Assembly (NCBI GenBank): GCA_963806035.1
Contig: CAWDWO010000036.1
Location: forward strand, 1 to 64,000
Source: Candidatus Krumholzibacteriota bacterium
GTDB taxonomy: Bacteria > Krumholzibacteriota > Krumholzibacteriia > JAJRXK01
DNA length: 64,000 nt
Direction of reading: 5' to 3'
A model generated the notes under the pieces. The model saw only the letters and a list, made by a program, of their open reading frames with translations. It did not search any database and was not told the DNA's origin. This document shows positions 29,600-41,647 of this stretch, one piece after another. Within the stretch, counting starts at the first letter, position 1; each line of letters opens with the position of its first letter. The translations under genes were made by a program, and so were the position numbers.

Positions 29600-31114
29600 T
29601 TAAACGATGGGATGGGTTCCCACGCCTTCGGCGAAATTCAATCGCGCTCCGGCAGAACTGCGAGCTACCGCATCCATGAGCCGGGTCACCCCCGGCACGA
29701 TCTGGTCCTCACGGGAAAACGAAAAATTGAGTCTGATGAAGGGTGTGCCCGGATCCTCCACGTAGCACGACCACCCGGGCAGGAACGAAACTCCGGCCTC
29801 GGCTGCCGTGCTCACCAGTCGCGAGCGCTCGACTTCCATCGGAAGCCGGCACCACAGATAGAACCCGCCCTCCGGACGGGCCCAATGCACCCCGGCGGGA
29901 GCACAATTCTGCAGCGTCTCGTGCATGAGATCGCGGCGACGCGCATAGTGACCCCGCACCATCTGGACGTGATCGTCCAGTTTTCCCTCGCGAATCAGCG
30001 CGTCGACCACCCACTGTCCGGGAGTGTCGCTGTGCAGGTCGATCGCCTGTTTCAAGAGGGTGAATTGCCGCACCACGGTCCGATCGGCCACCAGCCAACC
30101 CAATCGCAGTCCGGGAAAGAGGATCTTGGAGAAGGTCGAGAGATAGATCACGCTCCCATGGCGATCCAAAGCCTTCAAGCTGGGCAAATTTTCGCCGTCG
30201 TAGCGGAGTTCGGAGTAGGGATCGTCCTCCAGCACGGGAATGGAATACCGCCACGCCAAGTCCAGAAGATGCTGGCGCCGCGGTAGACTCATCACGGTTC
30301 CCGCCGGGTTCTTGAAAGTGGGCAGGGTGTAGATGAGCTTGGGCCGGTGCCGCTCCAGGACGGTGGCCAAGACGTCGGTCACCATCCCCTGTTCGTCACT
30401 GGGTACGGGGATGATCCGCGCGCGCGCGCCGCGGAAGGCCTGCAGAGCTCCGAAGTAGGTGGGTTCGTCCACCACCACGAGGTCCCCTGGATCCAAAAAG
30501 ACGCGCGCCGCCAGATCCAAACCCTGCTGCGAACCCGAAAGAACGAGAACCTCCTCGGCGCCGCATTCCACGCCGCGCGCCCGCATCCTTTCGGCCAGAG
30601 ACTCGCGAAACGGTCGCAGCCCCTCGGTCGGACATTGCAGCAGGGAGGCCGAACCCAGTTTGCCCGAGAGCTCCCGCATGACCCGCTCGATCAGCTCCAG
30701 GGGTAGCAGTTCCGGGGCGGGCAGCCCCACCGAGAGCGGGATCACGTCCTCGCGCCCGGCCATTTCCAGAAGATCGCGCACGAGCGAATCGCTGTCCTGC
30801 CGCACGGACTCGGCGAAAAGCTGGCGCCAGGGAAGCGTGGCGTTCGTGTCCGCCGCGCCGTCCTCGCGCCCGAAGGCGAGCACCGAGGTTCCACGCCCCA
30901 CATGGGCCCGCGCGAGCCCGCTGCGCTTGAGTTCGCGGTACGCGCTCACCACCGTGCTGCGATTCACTCCCAGCTGTTGGGCCAGGGTGCGCTCCGGCGG
31001 CAAGAGGGTGCCCTCGCTCACCTCTCCATTGGCAATTCTCTCGCGCAGCTGCTGCACGATCTGCAGGTAGATGGGGACTGCGCTGTCATGCTCGACTTCG
31101 ATGCGCAGGTTCAT
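29600..31114 (-). CDS. MocR/GabR family regulator (GntR HTH plus PLP aminotransferase domain)
   Basis: PIYLQI...LPPERTLAQQLGVNRSTV HTH; EDDPY and STFSKILFPGLR. Confidence 0.92.
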   Translation of the reverse strand: MNLRIEVEHDSAVPIYLQIVQQLRERIANGEVSEGTLLPPERTLAQQLGVNRSTVVSAYRELKRSGLARAHVGRGTSVLAFGREDGAADTNATLPWRQLFAESVRQDSDSLVRDLLEMAGREDVIPLSVGLPAPELLPLELIERVMRELSGKLGSASLLQCPTEGLRPFRESLAERMRARGVECGAEEVLVLSGSQQGLDLAARVFLDPGDLVVVDEPTYFGALQAFRGARARIIPVPSDEQGMVTDVLATVLERHRPKLIYTLPTFKNPAGTVMSLPRRQHLLDLAWRYSIPVLEDDPYSELRYDGENLPSLKALDRHGSVIYLSTFSKILFPGLRLGWLVADRTVVRQFTLLKQAIDLHSDTPGQWVVDALIREGKLDDHVQMVRGHYARRRDLMHETLQNCAPAGVHWARPEGGFYLWCRLPMEVERSRLVSTAAEAGVSFLPGWSCYVEDPGTPFIRLNFSFSREDQIVPGVTRLMDAVARSSAGARLNFAEGVGTHPIV

Positions 31115-31222
31115 GAGGCCTTCCCGAAAGAAAGGGCGGGAGAGGTGCGCGCGGCATCCGGGCTCCCAATTGGAGGGGTCCTTTGCAGAAGATAGGGGCG
31201 ACGAAGCCCAAGTCAAGCCCCT

Positions 31223-31270
31223 TTGGATGGGAAACTATACCATCCAATCAGGACATTGCCCATCCAATCA
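31223..31270. promoter_or_regulatory. Putative MocR operator (one inverted plus two direct repeats)
   Basis: TTGGATGG at 31223-31230; CCATCCAATCA at 31240-31250 and 31260-31270. Confidence 0.65.
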
Positions 31271-31313
31271 TGGCTTTGCGCGGAAAGAGGGATGGCCGGG
31301 GAGAAGAGCCGGA

Positions 31314-32180
31314 TCAGGAGCCGGAGCGGTAGGCGGCGAGCCAGTCCAAAAGGGTGGGGATCGGGAGAGTCGAGACCGCGCTCCAGGCCAGATCCCCGCT
31401 ACGCCAGGCCAGTCCCTGATAGCCCCAGCCCCTTCCCTCGTAGACCGGCCCCTGCGGCGTTGGATGCACCTTGGCCTTGGCGAAGTCCACCTGCGCCGCG
31501 GGAACCGCAAAGAGCAGGACCACCGCCCCCTGTCCATCACGGTACTCGGCCAGAGCGGACAGCCGGCTCACGGTATGCCAGATGCGGGCTCCCTCGAGCT
31601 GCCAACCCGGCGGCGCGCCGCCCAGTCTGGGTGTGAAAGGCAAACCACCCTCGAGCCAGCGGGACGCTTCGCGGGCATCGTGGCTCTGCAGTTCCAGCGG
31701 GCGCTGCAACTGCGCGATCAGGTAGCCGTCGTGGGTGACGTCCCGCAGATAATCCCGCACCGTGACGGGGACCTCGTTCCCACGCGCGGGGAGATGCAGC
31801 GGAGCTCGGGCCAGCACGAAGCCCAGGAGAATCCCGGCGGCCAGAGCCGCGCCGGGAACGAGCCACTTCCAGCGCCAGGGAGGCCCTACGGCGGAGGGCC
31901 GAGCGTCCCCCTTCGATCCGCCGCGCGAGGCCTCGCCTCGTGATTCCCGCGCACTTTTCCCGAGTTCCTCCTGCAACCAGAGCCTCAGCTCTTGGGGCGC
32001 CCGCTCCCGCGCACTCGGAAGCCCCTGCAGGCGCTCGCGCACGGTCTGAAACGACTCCACCGCGGCACGGCAGCGCGCGCAGTGCGCGAGGTGCGCACGG
32101 GTTCCCTCGTCCCACGAGGTGGGCTCGGGGTGCAGCTGGATCTCCTTTGAGATCCGCGCGTGCTCGGAATCGAAGCTCAC
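31314..32180 (-). CDS. Zinc-finger membrane anti-sigma factor
   Basis: HLAHCARC (HxxxCxxC ZAS motif), one TM helix and an extracytoplasmic domain; directly downstream of the ECF sigma. Confidence 0.82.
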   Translation of the reverse strand: MSFDSEHARISKEIQLHPEPTSWDEGTRAHLAHCARCRAAVESFQTVRERLQGLPSARERAPQELRLWLQEELGKSARESRGEASRGGSKGDARPSAVGPPWRWKWLVPGAALAAGILLGFVLARAPLHLPARGNEVPVTVRDYLRDVTHDGYLIAQLQRPLELQSHDAREASRWLEGGLPFTPRLGGAPPGWQLEGARIWHTVSRLSALAEYRDGQGAVVLLFAVPAAQVDFAKAKVHPTPQGPVYEGRGWGYQGLAWRSGDLAWSAVSTLPIPTLLDWLAAYRSGS

Positions 32181-32195
32181 GTTTCCTGTGGCCTC

Positions 32196-32759
32196 CTAGC
32201 CACTCTCGCCCCTTTTGGCGCGATCCTGGGCTTGAAGAAGTGTGACCAGGCGCCGGCGTGCCCGGTGCAGTCGTGATCGGATGGTGCCCACCGGCAGCTC
32301 GAAGCTCGCCGCGGCTTCCTCGTAGGAAAAGCCCTCGGCATCCACCAGCAGCAACACCGCTTTCCATTGCGGCGGGAGTGCGTTCAGGGCCTCCTCCCAA
32401 TCGTCATCGAAAGCCTGACGGAGAATCTCGGGCTCGAAGGACGCGGGATCGCCGATCGCTCCGTCAGGCAGCGTTTCGTCGAAGCTCTCCTCCCAGTGCC
32501 CGGACGGGCGGCGCGCCTCCCTGCGCAATTGATCCAGCCAGGTGGTGTGGACCACGCGGGCCAGCCAAGAACGGAGCTGTGAGTCGTCCTTCAGCCCCCC
32601 GAACCCTCGCATGGCCCGCAGCAGGGCGTCCTGCAGCAGATCCTGTGCGGTGGTGGGGTCCCGGGTCAGGGAGAGTCCCATCCTCCACAGAAGATCGAGG
32701 TGGGGCAGAACCTGGCTCTCGAAGCGGCGTGCGAGCTCGTCGGGAAGTGGAGGACTCAT
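32196..32759 (-). CDS. ECF sigma factor (SigH/SigR-like); start uncertain
   Basis: AQDLLQDALLRA, LRSWL, EGFSYEEAA, GTIRSRLHRAR. Confidence 0.9.
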   Translation of the reverse strand: MSPPLPDELARRFESQVLPHLDLLWRMGLSLTRDPTTAQDLLQDALLRAMRGFGGLKDDSQLRSWLARVVHTTWLDQLRREARRPSGHWEESFDETLPDGAIGDPASFEPEILRQAFDDDWEEALNALPPQWKAVLLLVDAEGFSYEEAAASFELPVGTIRSRLHRARRRLVTLLQAQDRAKRGESG

Positions 32760-33031
32760 GGAGAAGCTCACCGCCATTGGATGCGCGTGCGTGCCGCTCC
32801 ATTCTAGCGCCGGCTCTCCTTCCTGTCTCGCCGCGAATCTTTGAGCCCACCGGGGGCTGGCGCCCCCAGTGAGCTCGCTGCCGCCCGACACGAAAACTGC
32901 CAAAGGCATGGGTTCATTGGGCTCCACCCATACTCCGCCAGAGTTCAATGCCGGGCAGGAACTCCAAAGGTCTATCCAGTGGCCGGAATACGAGGGTCCC
33001 GGCCGTTGCTCGCTCATGAGTTCCCAAGGAG

Positions 33032-33058
33032 AACGTCCGCAGGAGCGCTGAAAGTTCC
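33032..33058 (-). promoter_or_regulatory. Putative ECF-type (autoregulatory) promoter
   Basis: GGAAC-N18-CGTT on the minus strand, pointing at the sigma/anti-sigma pair. Confidence 0.45.
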
Positions 33059-33148
33059 CGGCTCGATCATCCACCGCAAATTTTTTCGGAAAGGCCCAAG
33101 GGCTCCGCTGGGGCGCGCGGGGCCGGGTGTGCTACGCTGCGCCTCGCC

Positions 33149-34066
33149 GTGAAGCACGAACGCCAGGCCCGTCTTTTCGCTCTCGCCGCGGTCCTCTTGT
33201 GGTCCACGGTGGCGACCGCCTTCAAACTCTCCCTCAAACAGATGGAACCGGCGCAGCTTCTGTTCTGGGCGAACGGGGTTTCCCTGGTGGTGCTGGGAAT
33301 GGTGCTGCTGGCGCAGCGACGCTTCGGCTTGCTCTTCCGTGCAAGACGCGCCCAGTATCTGCACGCGGCGATGCTGGGCTTCCTCAATCCCTTCCTCTAC
33401 TACACCGTCCTCTTCAGCGCTTACGACCGTCTGCCCGCGCAAGTGGCCCAACCCCTCAACTACACCTGGGCCCTCACGCTCTCCTGGCTCTCGATTCCAC
33501 TGCTGCACCAGCGCTTTCGCTGGCGCGATCTTTTGGCGGGCCTGGTGTGCTATGCGGGCGTTCTCGTCATCTCCACCGGAGGCAAGCTGCACGGCCTGAG
33601 TTATGACGGCCTGGGCATTGGGCTGGCTCTGGTCAGCACGCTCATCTGGGCCTTCTACTGGATCTTCAACACCCGCGCAGATCTGCAGCCAGTGGTTGGA
33701 CTGTTCTTGGGCTTCCTCTTCGCCTTCCCCTGGGTCGCCCTGGCGGCCACCCTGCGGGGTGGATTTCTGCCCCAGGGGACCGGCGCGGACTGGAGCTGGA
33801 TTCTGGGCGCGAGCTACGTGGGAATCTTCGAAATGGGCCTGACCTTCGTTCTGTGGCTTGCCGCGATGAAGCGCACTGACAATGCTTCGAAAGTGGCCAA
33901 TCTCATCTTCCTCTCTCCCTTCTTGAGCCTGGTGTTCATCGGTCTGGTCCTCGGCGAGATCATCCATGCTTCGACGGTCTTGGGTCTCTTTCTGATCGTC
34001 GCCGGCCTCCTGGCCCAGCGCGAGCAGAGGCCGAGGGAGCTTCCCCCCGATGCCGCACATGCTTGA
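33149..34066 (+). CDS. DMT/EamA family transporter
   Basis: About ten hydrophobic helices in two EamA repeats (LLWSTVATAFK, QPLNYTW, FLSPFLS). Confidence 0.88.
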   Translation: MKHERQARLFALAAVLLWSTVATAFKLSLKQMEPAQLLFWANGVSLVVLGMVLLAQRRFGLLFRARRAQYLHAAMLGFLNPFLYYTVLFSAYDRLPAQVAQPLNYTWALTLSWLSIPLLHQRFRWRDLLAGLVCYAGVLVISTGGKLHGLSYDGLGIGLALVSTLIWAFYWIFNTRADLQPVVGLFLGFLFAFPWVALAATLRGGFLPQGTGADWSWILGASYVGIFEMGLTFVLWLAAMKRTDNASKVANLIFLSPFLSLVFIGLVLGEIIHASTVLGLFLIVAGLLAQREQRPRELPPDAAHA

Positions 34067-34143
34067 TGCCCCCGGGCGAATCCCCGGTCGAGCCCCGCGT
34101 GAATCCCCGTGATGCCCCGCGTGAATCCCCGCTTGATGCCCTG
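34063..34143. repeat. Degenerate ~12-bp tandem repeat after the DMT stop
   Basis: Units such as TGATGCCCCG, GAATCCCCG and CCCCGCGTGAAT recur about seven times. Confidence 0.5.
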
Positions 34144-34218
34144 CTCGACGCGGCCCGATTCCGCGTCTAAACTGTCAGTTGCGCTGCTTTTCATGAATTC
34201 GCATTCGGGAGCCATTCT

Positions 34219-35832
34219 TTGGAACTGCATCTGAACTACGGGGGAACGAGCCATACGCTCGATCTGAACGACGGGTCCTACACCCTGGGGCGCTCGGAAA
34301 ATTCGCAGATTCGCATCCCGGTCATGAGCGTGAGCCGGCAGCATGCGATTCTGCGGGTGGAGGGAGAGACGCTCCACATTCGCAACCTGAGCACCACGAG
34401 CGGAACCCTGCTGGACGGTCGTCAAATCGAGACCGAAGAAGAACTCGAGATTCCCAAGCAGAGCCGCCTCACTTTCGGCGAGGCCGAGCTCTGGCGCGAC
34501 GAGGCCGTGACCTCCTTCGGCGCGCCCCTTTCCGAACATGATGAGCTGCGCTCGCGCTTCTCCTTCTCGCCGGATCGCCAGACCACCGGCATGGCCCGCG
34601 ACCGCATTCTGCAGATGCTCTCCAGTCTCTTCGATCTGATCGCCGCCGCGCCGGACGACGAGAGCTTCGAGAAGAACGCCTGTCAATTCGTGGGCAAGGT
34701 CGTGCACGCAGACCGGGTTCTCATCCTGGAGGACGATGGCCTGGGAACACCTTTTCAGCGGCGCGGCGCCTGGTTTTCCTCACCCGATCACGCCGATAAG
34801 TATCGCCTCAGCCGGCATTTCATCGAGGAGGTCTGCCGCACCAAGTCCTCCCTCTTGATCGAGGACGCCATGAACGCCGGGCCGGCCGCCGCGTACCAGA
34901 GCGTGCAGGAACTCAGAGTCCGCTCCGCCCTCATCGCTCCCCTGCTCGACGGCGATCGCGTGCGCGGGATCCTCTATGCGGACAACCTCATCACCCGCCG
35001 CCGTTACGAGGAGGAAGATCTACAGGTTCTCACCGCGATTGCGCGCGCGGTGGGAGTGAAGCGTCAACGCGACGACGAACGGCGCGAACGAGGTCGCGCG
35101 GCGCGCGTGCAGGAGAGCCTCTTGCCGCGCAAACTCCCCGCGGTCGAGGGCCTCGACATCCACGGTCACCTCGAGATGTGTCAGGGCGTCGGAGGCGATC
35201 TCTACCTCTGCGTGTGCCGCCCCTCGGGACGCCTCCTCCTGGCGGTCGGTGACGTATCGGGAAAGGGAATGGCGGCCGCGCTCTCCATGGGCGCAGCCAC
35301 CATGCTGCTGAGGATCCTGGCCCGATTGGGGGGTGAACCGGTGCATGTTTTGGAGGAAATGCACGAGCATCTGCGCGAGACCCTGCCCGTCGAGCGCTTC
35401 GTCACGCTCTTCGTGGCCGAATACGAGCCCAAGACGGGAAAGCTTCTGTATGCGAGCGCGGGGCACGAAGACGCGCTGGCGATCCGGGAGAATGGCAAGG
35501 TGGATCGTCTTCGCTCCACCGGCCTCCCCTCCGGCTTCGATTTCGACGCCGAATACGGTCAGGGCGAGACCACGCTGGCCGAGGGCGACTTGCTCGTCAT
35601 TTATACCGATGGAGTCACTGAAGCGACGACCGACGGCGACAGCTTCTACGGCAGTGAAGGCGCGGAGCGAGTTCTCGTGGCAGCGCGGCATGAGCCGCTG
35701 GAACGCATCCAAACTCTCCTGCTCGAAGACATCCACGAGTTTCTGGAGCACCAGCACGCCTCGGACGACATCACTCTGCTCTTGATGAGACGCGCGCCCA
35801 TCGGAACGCCCGCGAGCGCGGAACCCAAATGA
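34219..35832 (+). CDS. FHA-GAF-SpoIIE (PP2C) Ser/Thr phosphatase
   Basis: FHA (LGRS...VSRQHA...STTSGT), GAF, then VGGDLY, GDVSGKG, YTDGVTEA, SDDITLL. Confidence 0.9.
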   Translation: MELHLNYGGTSHTLDLNDGSYTLGRSENSQIRIPVMSVSRQHAILRVEGETLHIRNLSTTSGTLLDGRQIETEEELEIPKQSRLTFGEAELWRDEAVTSFGAPLSEHDELRSRFSFSPDRQTTGMARDRILQMLSSLFDLIAAAPDDESFEKNACQFVGKVVHADRVLILEDDGLGTPFQRRGAWFSSPDHADKYRLSRHFIEEVCRTKSSLLIEDAMNAGPAAAYQSVQELRVRSALIAPLLDGDRVRGILYADNLITRRRYEEEDLQVLTAIARAVGVKRQRDDERRERGRAARVQESLLPRKLPAVEGLDIHGHLEMCQGVGGDLYLCVCRPSGRLLLAVGDVSGKGMAAALSMGAATMLLRILARLGGEPVHVLEEMHEHLRETLPVERFVTLFVAEYEPKTGKLLYASAGHEDALAIRENGKVDRLRSTGLPSGFDFDAEYGQGETTLAEGDLLVIYTDGVTEATTDGDSFYGSEGAERVLVAARHEPLERIQTLLLEDIHEFLEHQHASDDITLLLMRRAPIGTPASAEPK

Positions 35833-36347
35833 CGATGCGAGTCCTCAAGAGTTCCAGTTTCTTCTTCACCCTCATGATCGTGATTCTCGCGGTGGTCTAC
35901 TGGTTCCACTATGCCCCCAGCATGCCCGACAAAATCCCCACCCATTTCGACGGACAGGGCAGCGCCGATGCATGGTCCTCTCCCGAAGACTTCGCGCGGA
36001 TCTTCTGGGCAGTGATCCTGGGTCTCTTCCTTTTCTTCACCGGACTCGCCGTGGCCTTGCAATCCATCCCCAGCCGTCTCATCAACTTGCCCCGGCGCGA
36101 TTACTGGCTCAGTGGGAAGCGGGCGTACGCCACCCGTTTCAAGTTGGGAGAAACGCTGCTGAGCTTCTGCACGGTCACCCTCATCTTCTTCCTCTTGGTC
36201 TTCCACCTGCAGGTGCGAGCGGCGATCGAGGAGAGCGAACGTCTCCCGGGCGATTTCAACTGGATTCTGGCGGGATACCTGGTTTTCGTGGCAATTTGGA
36301 CCGGGGGTATTCTGTGGCGCTACTCTCGGGCGCCCGGCTCCCGCTAA
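35829..36347 (+). CDS. DUF1648-like membrane protein
   Basis: MPDKIPTHFDGQGSADAW motif plus four TM helices; ATGA overlap with the upstream stop. Confidence 0.78.
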   Translation: MTMRVLKSSSFFFTLMIVILAVVYWFHYAPSMPDKIPTHFDGQGSADAWSSPEDFARIFWAVILGLFLFFTGLAVALQSIPSRLINLPRRDYWLSGKRAYATRFKLGETLLSFCTVTLIFFLLVFHLQVRAAIEESERLPGDFNWILAGYLVFVAIWTGGILWRYSRAPGSR

Positions 36348-36411
36348 ATTCCATCCTGGGCTGGCGCGAGGGCATTTCCTATCTTCTTGCGGCAAACAAG
36401 CCAAAATTGAC

Positions 36412-37776
<1,365 letters not shown>

Positions 37777-37806
37777 AAACCGGGTCGGCACGGCCGGAGG
37801 AAATCG

Positions 37807-38815
37807 ATGGGTCCGGACTTCTCGACATCTCCCTCCGAGATGCCTCTGGTGTCGGTCGTCACCCCGTTCTACAACACAGTGGATCACCTGCGCGAGTGCA
37901 TCGAAAGCGTGCTCGCGCAGGATTATCCCCATCTCGAATACATCCTGCACGACAACCAGAGCACGGATGGCTCCGAGCGTATCGCTCGCGAGTATGCCGA
38001 CCGTGACCCGAGAATCCGCTATGTGCGCAGCGAGAAGTTCCGGGGGCAGGTCGCCAATTACAACAAGGCATTGGAATATCTGAATCCCTCGAGCGTGTAC
38101 TGCAAGATCGTCCAGGCCGACGACTGGATCTATCCCGCATGTCTCAGCGCAATGGTCTCACTCGGAGAGTCGAACCCGCGAGTGGGTCTGATCTCGTCCT
38201 ACTATCTGCAGGGCATGACGCTGTGCGGCATGGGGCTTCCCTACAGCCAGACCGTCATCACGGGCAAGGATATCGCGGCGCGTCATCTGCTCAGCCAGAT
38301 GTTCCTCTTCGGGTCGCCCTCGACCGTCATGATGCGCGGCGAGATCGTGCGTGCCACGACACCCTTCTATCACGAAGGGCGAATGCACGAAGATACCGAG
38401 GCCTGCTACGAAATCCTCGCGCAGTGGGACTTCGGCTTCGTCCATCAAATCCTGAGCTACTTGCGCGTGGATCCCGATTCCATCTACGGGCAGATCCTCA
38501 ACTACGACAACAGCCAGTTGGACAGCCTCATCGTGCTGCACCGTTACGGAGAGCGCTTCCTTTCGCAGCAGGAGTTTCTGGAGGAATGGAGATTCCGCCG
38601 CACCCGTCACTACCGCCGTCTCGCCCGTTCCTTGTTCATGGGCCGCGGGCGCGACTACTGGCGCTTCCAGAAGAACGGCCTCGCGAGCGAAGGTCTCAAG
38701 ATCGAGAGTTTCGAACTCTTCGAAAGCATTGTGTCTGGAATTTCTCGATCTCGCTCTCAATCCCAAGCAGACCCTCGGGGATTCCTGGCGCTACTTCCGC
38801 TCGCGTCAGAGCTGA
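37807..38815 (+). CDS. Glycosyltransferase family 2; one probable indel near 38725
   Basis: VSVVTPFYN, DNQSTDGS, QADD. The corrected frame ends at TGA 38813-38815. Confidence 0.85.
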
Positions 38816-38818
38816 AGC

Positions 38819-41524
38819 TCAATCCTCCAGATGCTTCTGGAGCGCCTTCAGCTCAGGCACCCAGAATTCGCCGGACGCCTCCTTCAGAGCCAAATCCAGG
38901 TAATGACGGGCCTCTTCGATTCGGCCCAGACGCGAGAGGGTGGCCGCGATGTGGAAGCGGTTCTCCGCGCGCATCGAGCGGTCCGCCTGCGGCAAGCCAG
39001 CTTCCGCCTCCTTGAGATATCCCAGGGCCTCACCCGCATCGCCCTCGCGATAGCAAATCCAGCCCAGGGTATCCAGGAGATAGGGATGCAGGTCCTTCGA
39101 ATCGGGGAGGACCGAAAGAACGCTCCGCTTCGCCTCTTGCAGATTCACCCCCATCACCGCTTCGGTGTAGGCCAGAGCGTTGGTCCCGTTCACCGAGTGG
39201 GGATCGAGTTCAAGCATCCCCTTGAAGGCGCGCGCTGCCTCCTCGAAACGCTGATTTTCCAGCAGGGTGTAACCCAGCCCGTAGAGGACGCGGCTATCCT
39301 TGGGGGCAGCGCGAAGAGCTCGCTCGAAGAGATCGCGCGCGCGTTGGTACTCGCCCTTTTCCAACTGCATCCGCGCCGCATGAATCGTCCAGTCCACGCG
39401 CAGTTTCTCCACTTCGTCCCGGATCGCGGCCACCCCCTCGTCTCCACCCAGACTCTCCCCCTCGCGAGCCAGTTCGAGCAGTCTTTTGGCGGCATCGAGC
39501 GAGGAGTCCAGCGCGAGCGCGCGCTCGGCAGCCCGGATCGCGGCCGGAAACTCTCCCTTCAGGGCCAAGAGCGTTCCGTATTGCATGTAGACTTCGGTGC
39601 TTGCACCTTCAAGCGATCCAATTCTCTCAGAGTTCTCAGCGCACCAGCTTGGTTTCCGTTCGCCAATTGCAAATTCGCGATCGCATAGAGAGCCGCCGAA
39701 TTGGTGGGGTCCAAAACCAGTGCGCGATGCAGACACTCCCATGCCTTCGTTTCATTCTCCCAGCCTGGCGAATGCCTCTCCGACCACCACCTGAATACCC
39801 GCCGAGTCGATTCCGTAGGAACGCGCGCTCTCGTAGTATCCACGCGCCTGCTCGCGGTCGCCGTAGGCCTGTTCCCACAGCCCGGTGCGATACTGGATGG
39901 AGGCGGCCAGGACACTCTCCAGGCAGTCATCGGGATCGACTGGAGGAAAAGAGTCGATGGTGGCGGAAATCTGCGCCGGCTTCTCCGACGGGCGAAGCAA
40001 CTGGAAGATCATGTGATTGGGCACCATGGTGCATCCCGCGAAACCCTCGGTCGGCGCACGCTTGGTGTAGAAGATGGTCCTTTCGGGCTCGTCGAGAGCG
40101 AACTGAATTTCTCGCTCGACTCGCTTTGCCTTGCGCTCGGAGCGGTCCATCGCCACGAAGTCCTCCCCATAGTTCCTCACCAGCAGGTTGAGGAATGAAT
40201 CGTGGAGAATCACGTCGGGCCGCACCCCCTTCACCTCGTGCTCATAGATGAGCGAAAAAACCTCCGCGTCGCCGGCATTGGCGAAGAGCCGCGCCCCCTT
40301 GGGCAAGGCCCTCAGCACCGTATCCGCGTAATCGCGGGCGAGGGTCGACCGGCTGCGGTCACACACGGGGTAGTTGGACCATCCCTCCAGCAGCAGCGCG
40401 AAGGTCGCCAAGACCGCGACCAGACCCCAAAGGGGCCGCCAGTGGGAAGCAAACCTCAGGCGCAGAAACTTCAGGATCTCGCCCAGGCCGATTCCGGCCA
40501 GAAGGTAGGCCGCGAAGTCCGCGCTGAGGAAATACACCTTCACCACGGTACGGTCCCGGAAACTGTCCTGGAAATCGAGACTCCCTGCCAGCACGGGCCC
40601 GCTGATCAGCCAGAGTCCCAGGATGCCCAGCACCAGAATTCTGCGGTCGGCGCGCCGCAAGGCGAGAAGGCCGGCCACCGCCAGCGCGCAAGCGAGAGGC
40701 GGCACGTCCTGAAGAAAGAGCTTTGCGAATACGAATAGGCGTGTTTTCAGGGAAGCCACACTCTCGCGGGCGAAGGGTTCTCCGTACTGCTCGCGAAAGA
40801 CGTGGCGGAGAACGTCGTGCCAGCCGTGCATCCCTCCCCATTCGATGAGGGGGTTCTGGGCCTGACGCAAAGGAATGTAGAGATAGACGCTCGCGCCCAG
40901 CACGAAGAGAAGCAGCGGCACCAACAGGGGCGCCCGCATGGAATCCGCGCGTCGCGTATGGGCCCACCACAAGAGCAGAGGCAATCCGTTCAAGAGAACC
41001 AGGGGGTGGTTGCCCAATCCCAGACCCAAAAGCAGCGCCGCCACGGGATAGCCCCACGCTCTGCCCTCGTGCCCGGCCGCGGCGGCCCACAGGATCGAGG
41101 CGCTCAGGGCCAGGTTCAGAGCGTAGACCTCGGTAATGACCGACTGACTCCAGGGACCGATCGCGAGCGCATAGGCCAGGCCGGCCGCGATCGAGGCCAG
41201 CGCAGCGACACGCATACGGAGCAAGAGGCCGGTGAGCATGGCGGCGGCGGCCGCACCGCAGAGGGCCGAGAGCAAGTTCAGGCCGAGGGCAGGCTCGTTC
41301 GGGCTGAGGAGCGCGAGCCAGTGTCCCAAGAGCACCCACAGAGGGTAGCCAGGAGGGTGAGCGATCCCCAGCGTTGCCGCCGCGGCCGCCAGCTCCCCCG
41401 AATCACCCACGAAAATCGTGGGGCAAAGGGTCTTCAGGTAGACCGCCAGAGAGATCGCCGCGACCGCGAGCAGGGGCCACAGGGCGAAAGTATTCTTGGC
41501 TCTCGTGGAGTCGGATGCGAGCAA
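38819..41524 (-). CDS. DUF2723 (TMEM260-like GT-C protein O-mannosyltransferase family) with C-terminal TPRs; two probable indels near 39755 and 39605
   Basis: GDSGEL...GIAHPPGYPL, WSQSVITEVYAL, YLYIPLR and many TM helices; TPR repeats continue in two other frames. Confidence 0.85.
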
Positions 41525-41647
41525 CGAACTTCTCTCCAGATCTGCAGATAGCTTCCTCGGCCCGCTGAGTATAGACCATGGCCGCCCTTGCAGAAATCAG
41601 TACAATCTCCTAGGACCCTCGAGTGCTGAAGCGTTTTGAAGCGGATC

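Noticed and set aside
32843..33030. 6S RNA or SRP RNA
   Set aside because: There is no SRP domain IV motif (CAGG...GGAA...AGCAG) and no clear 6S terminal stem with a central bubble.
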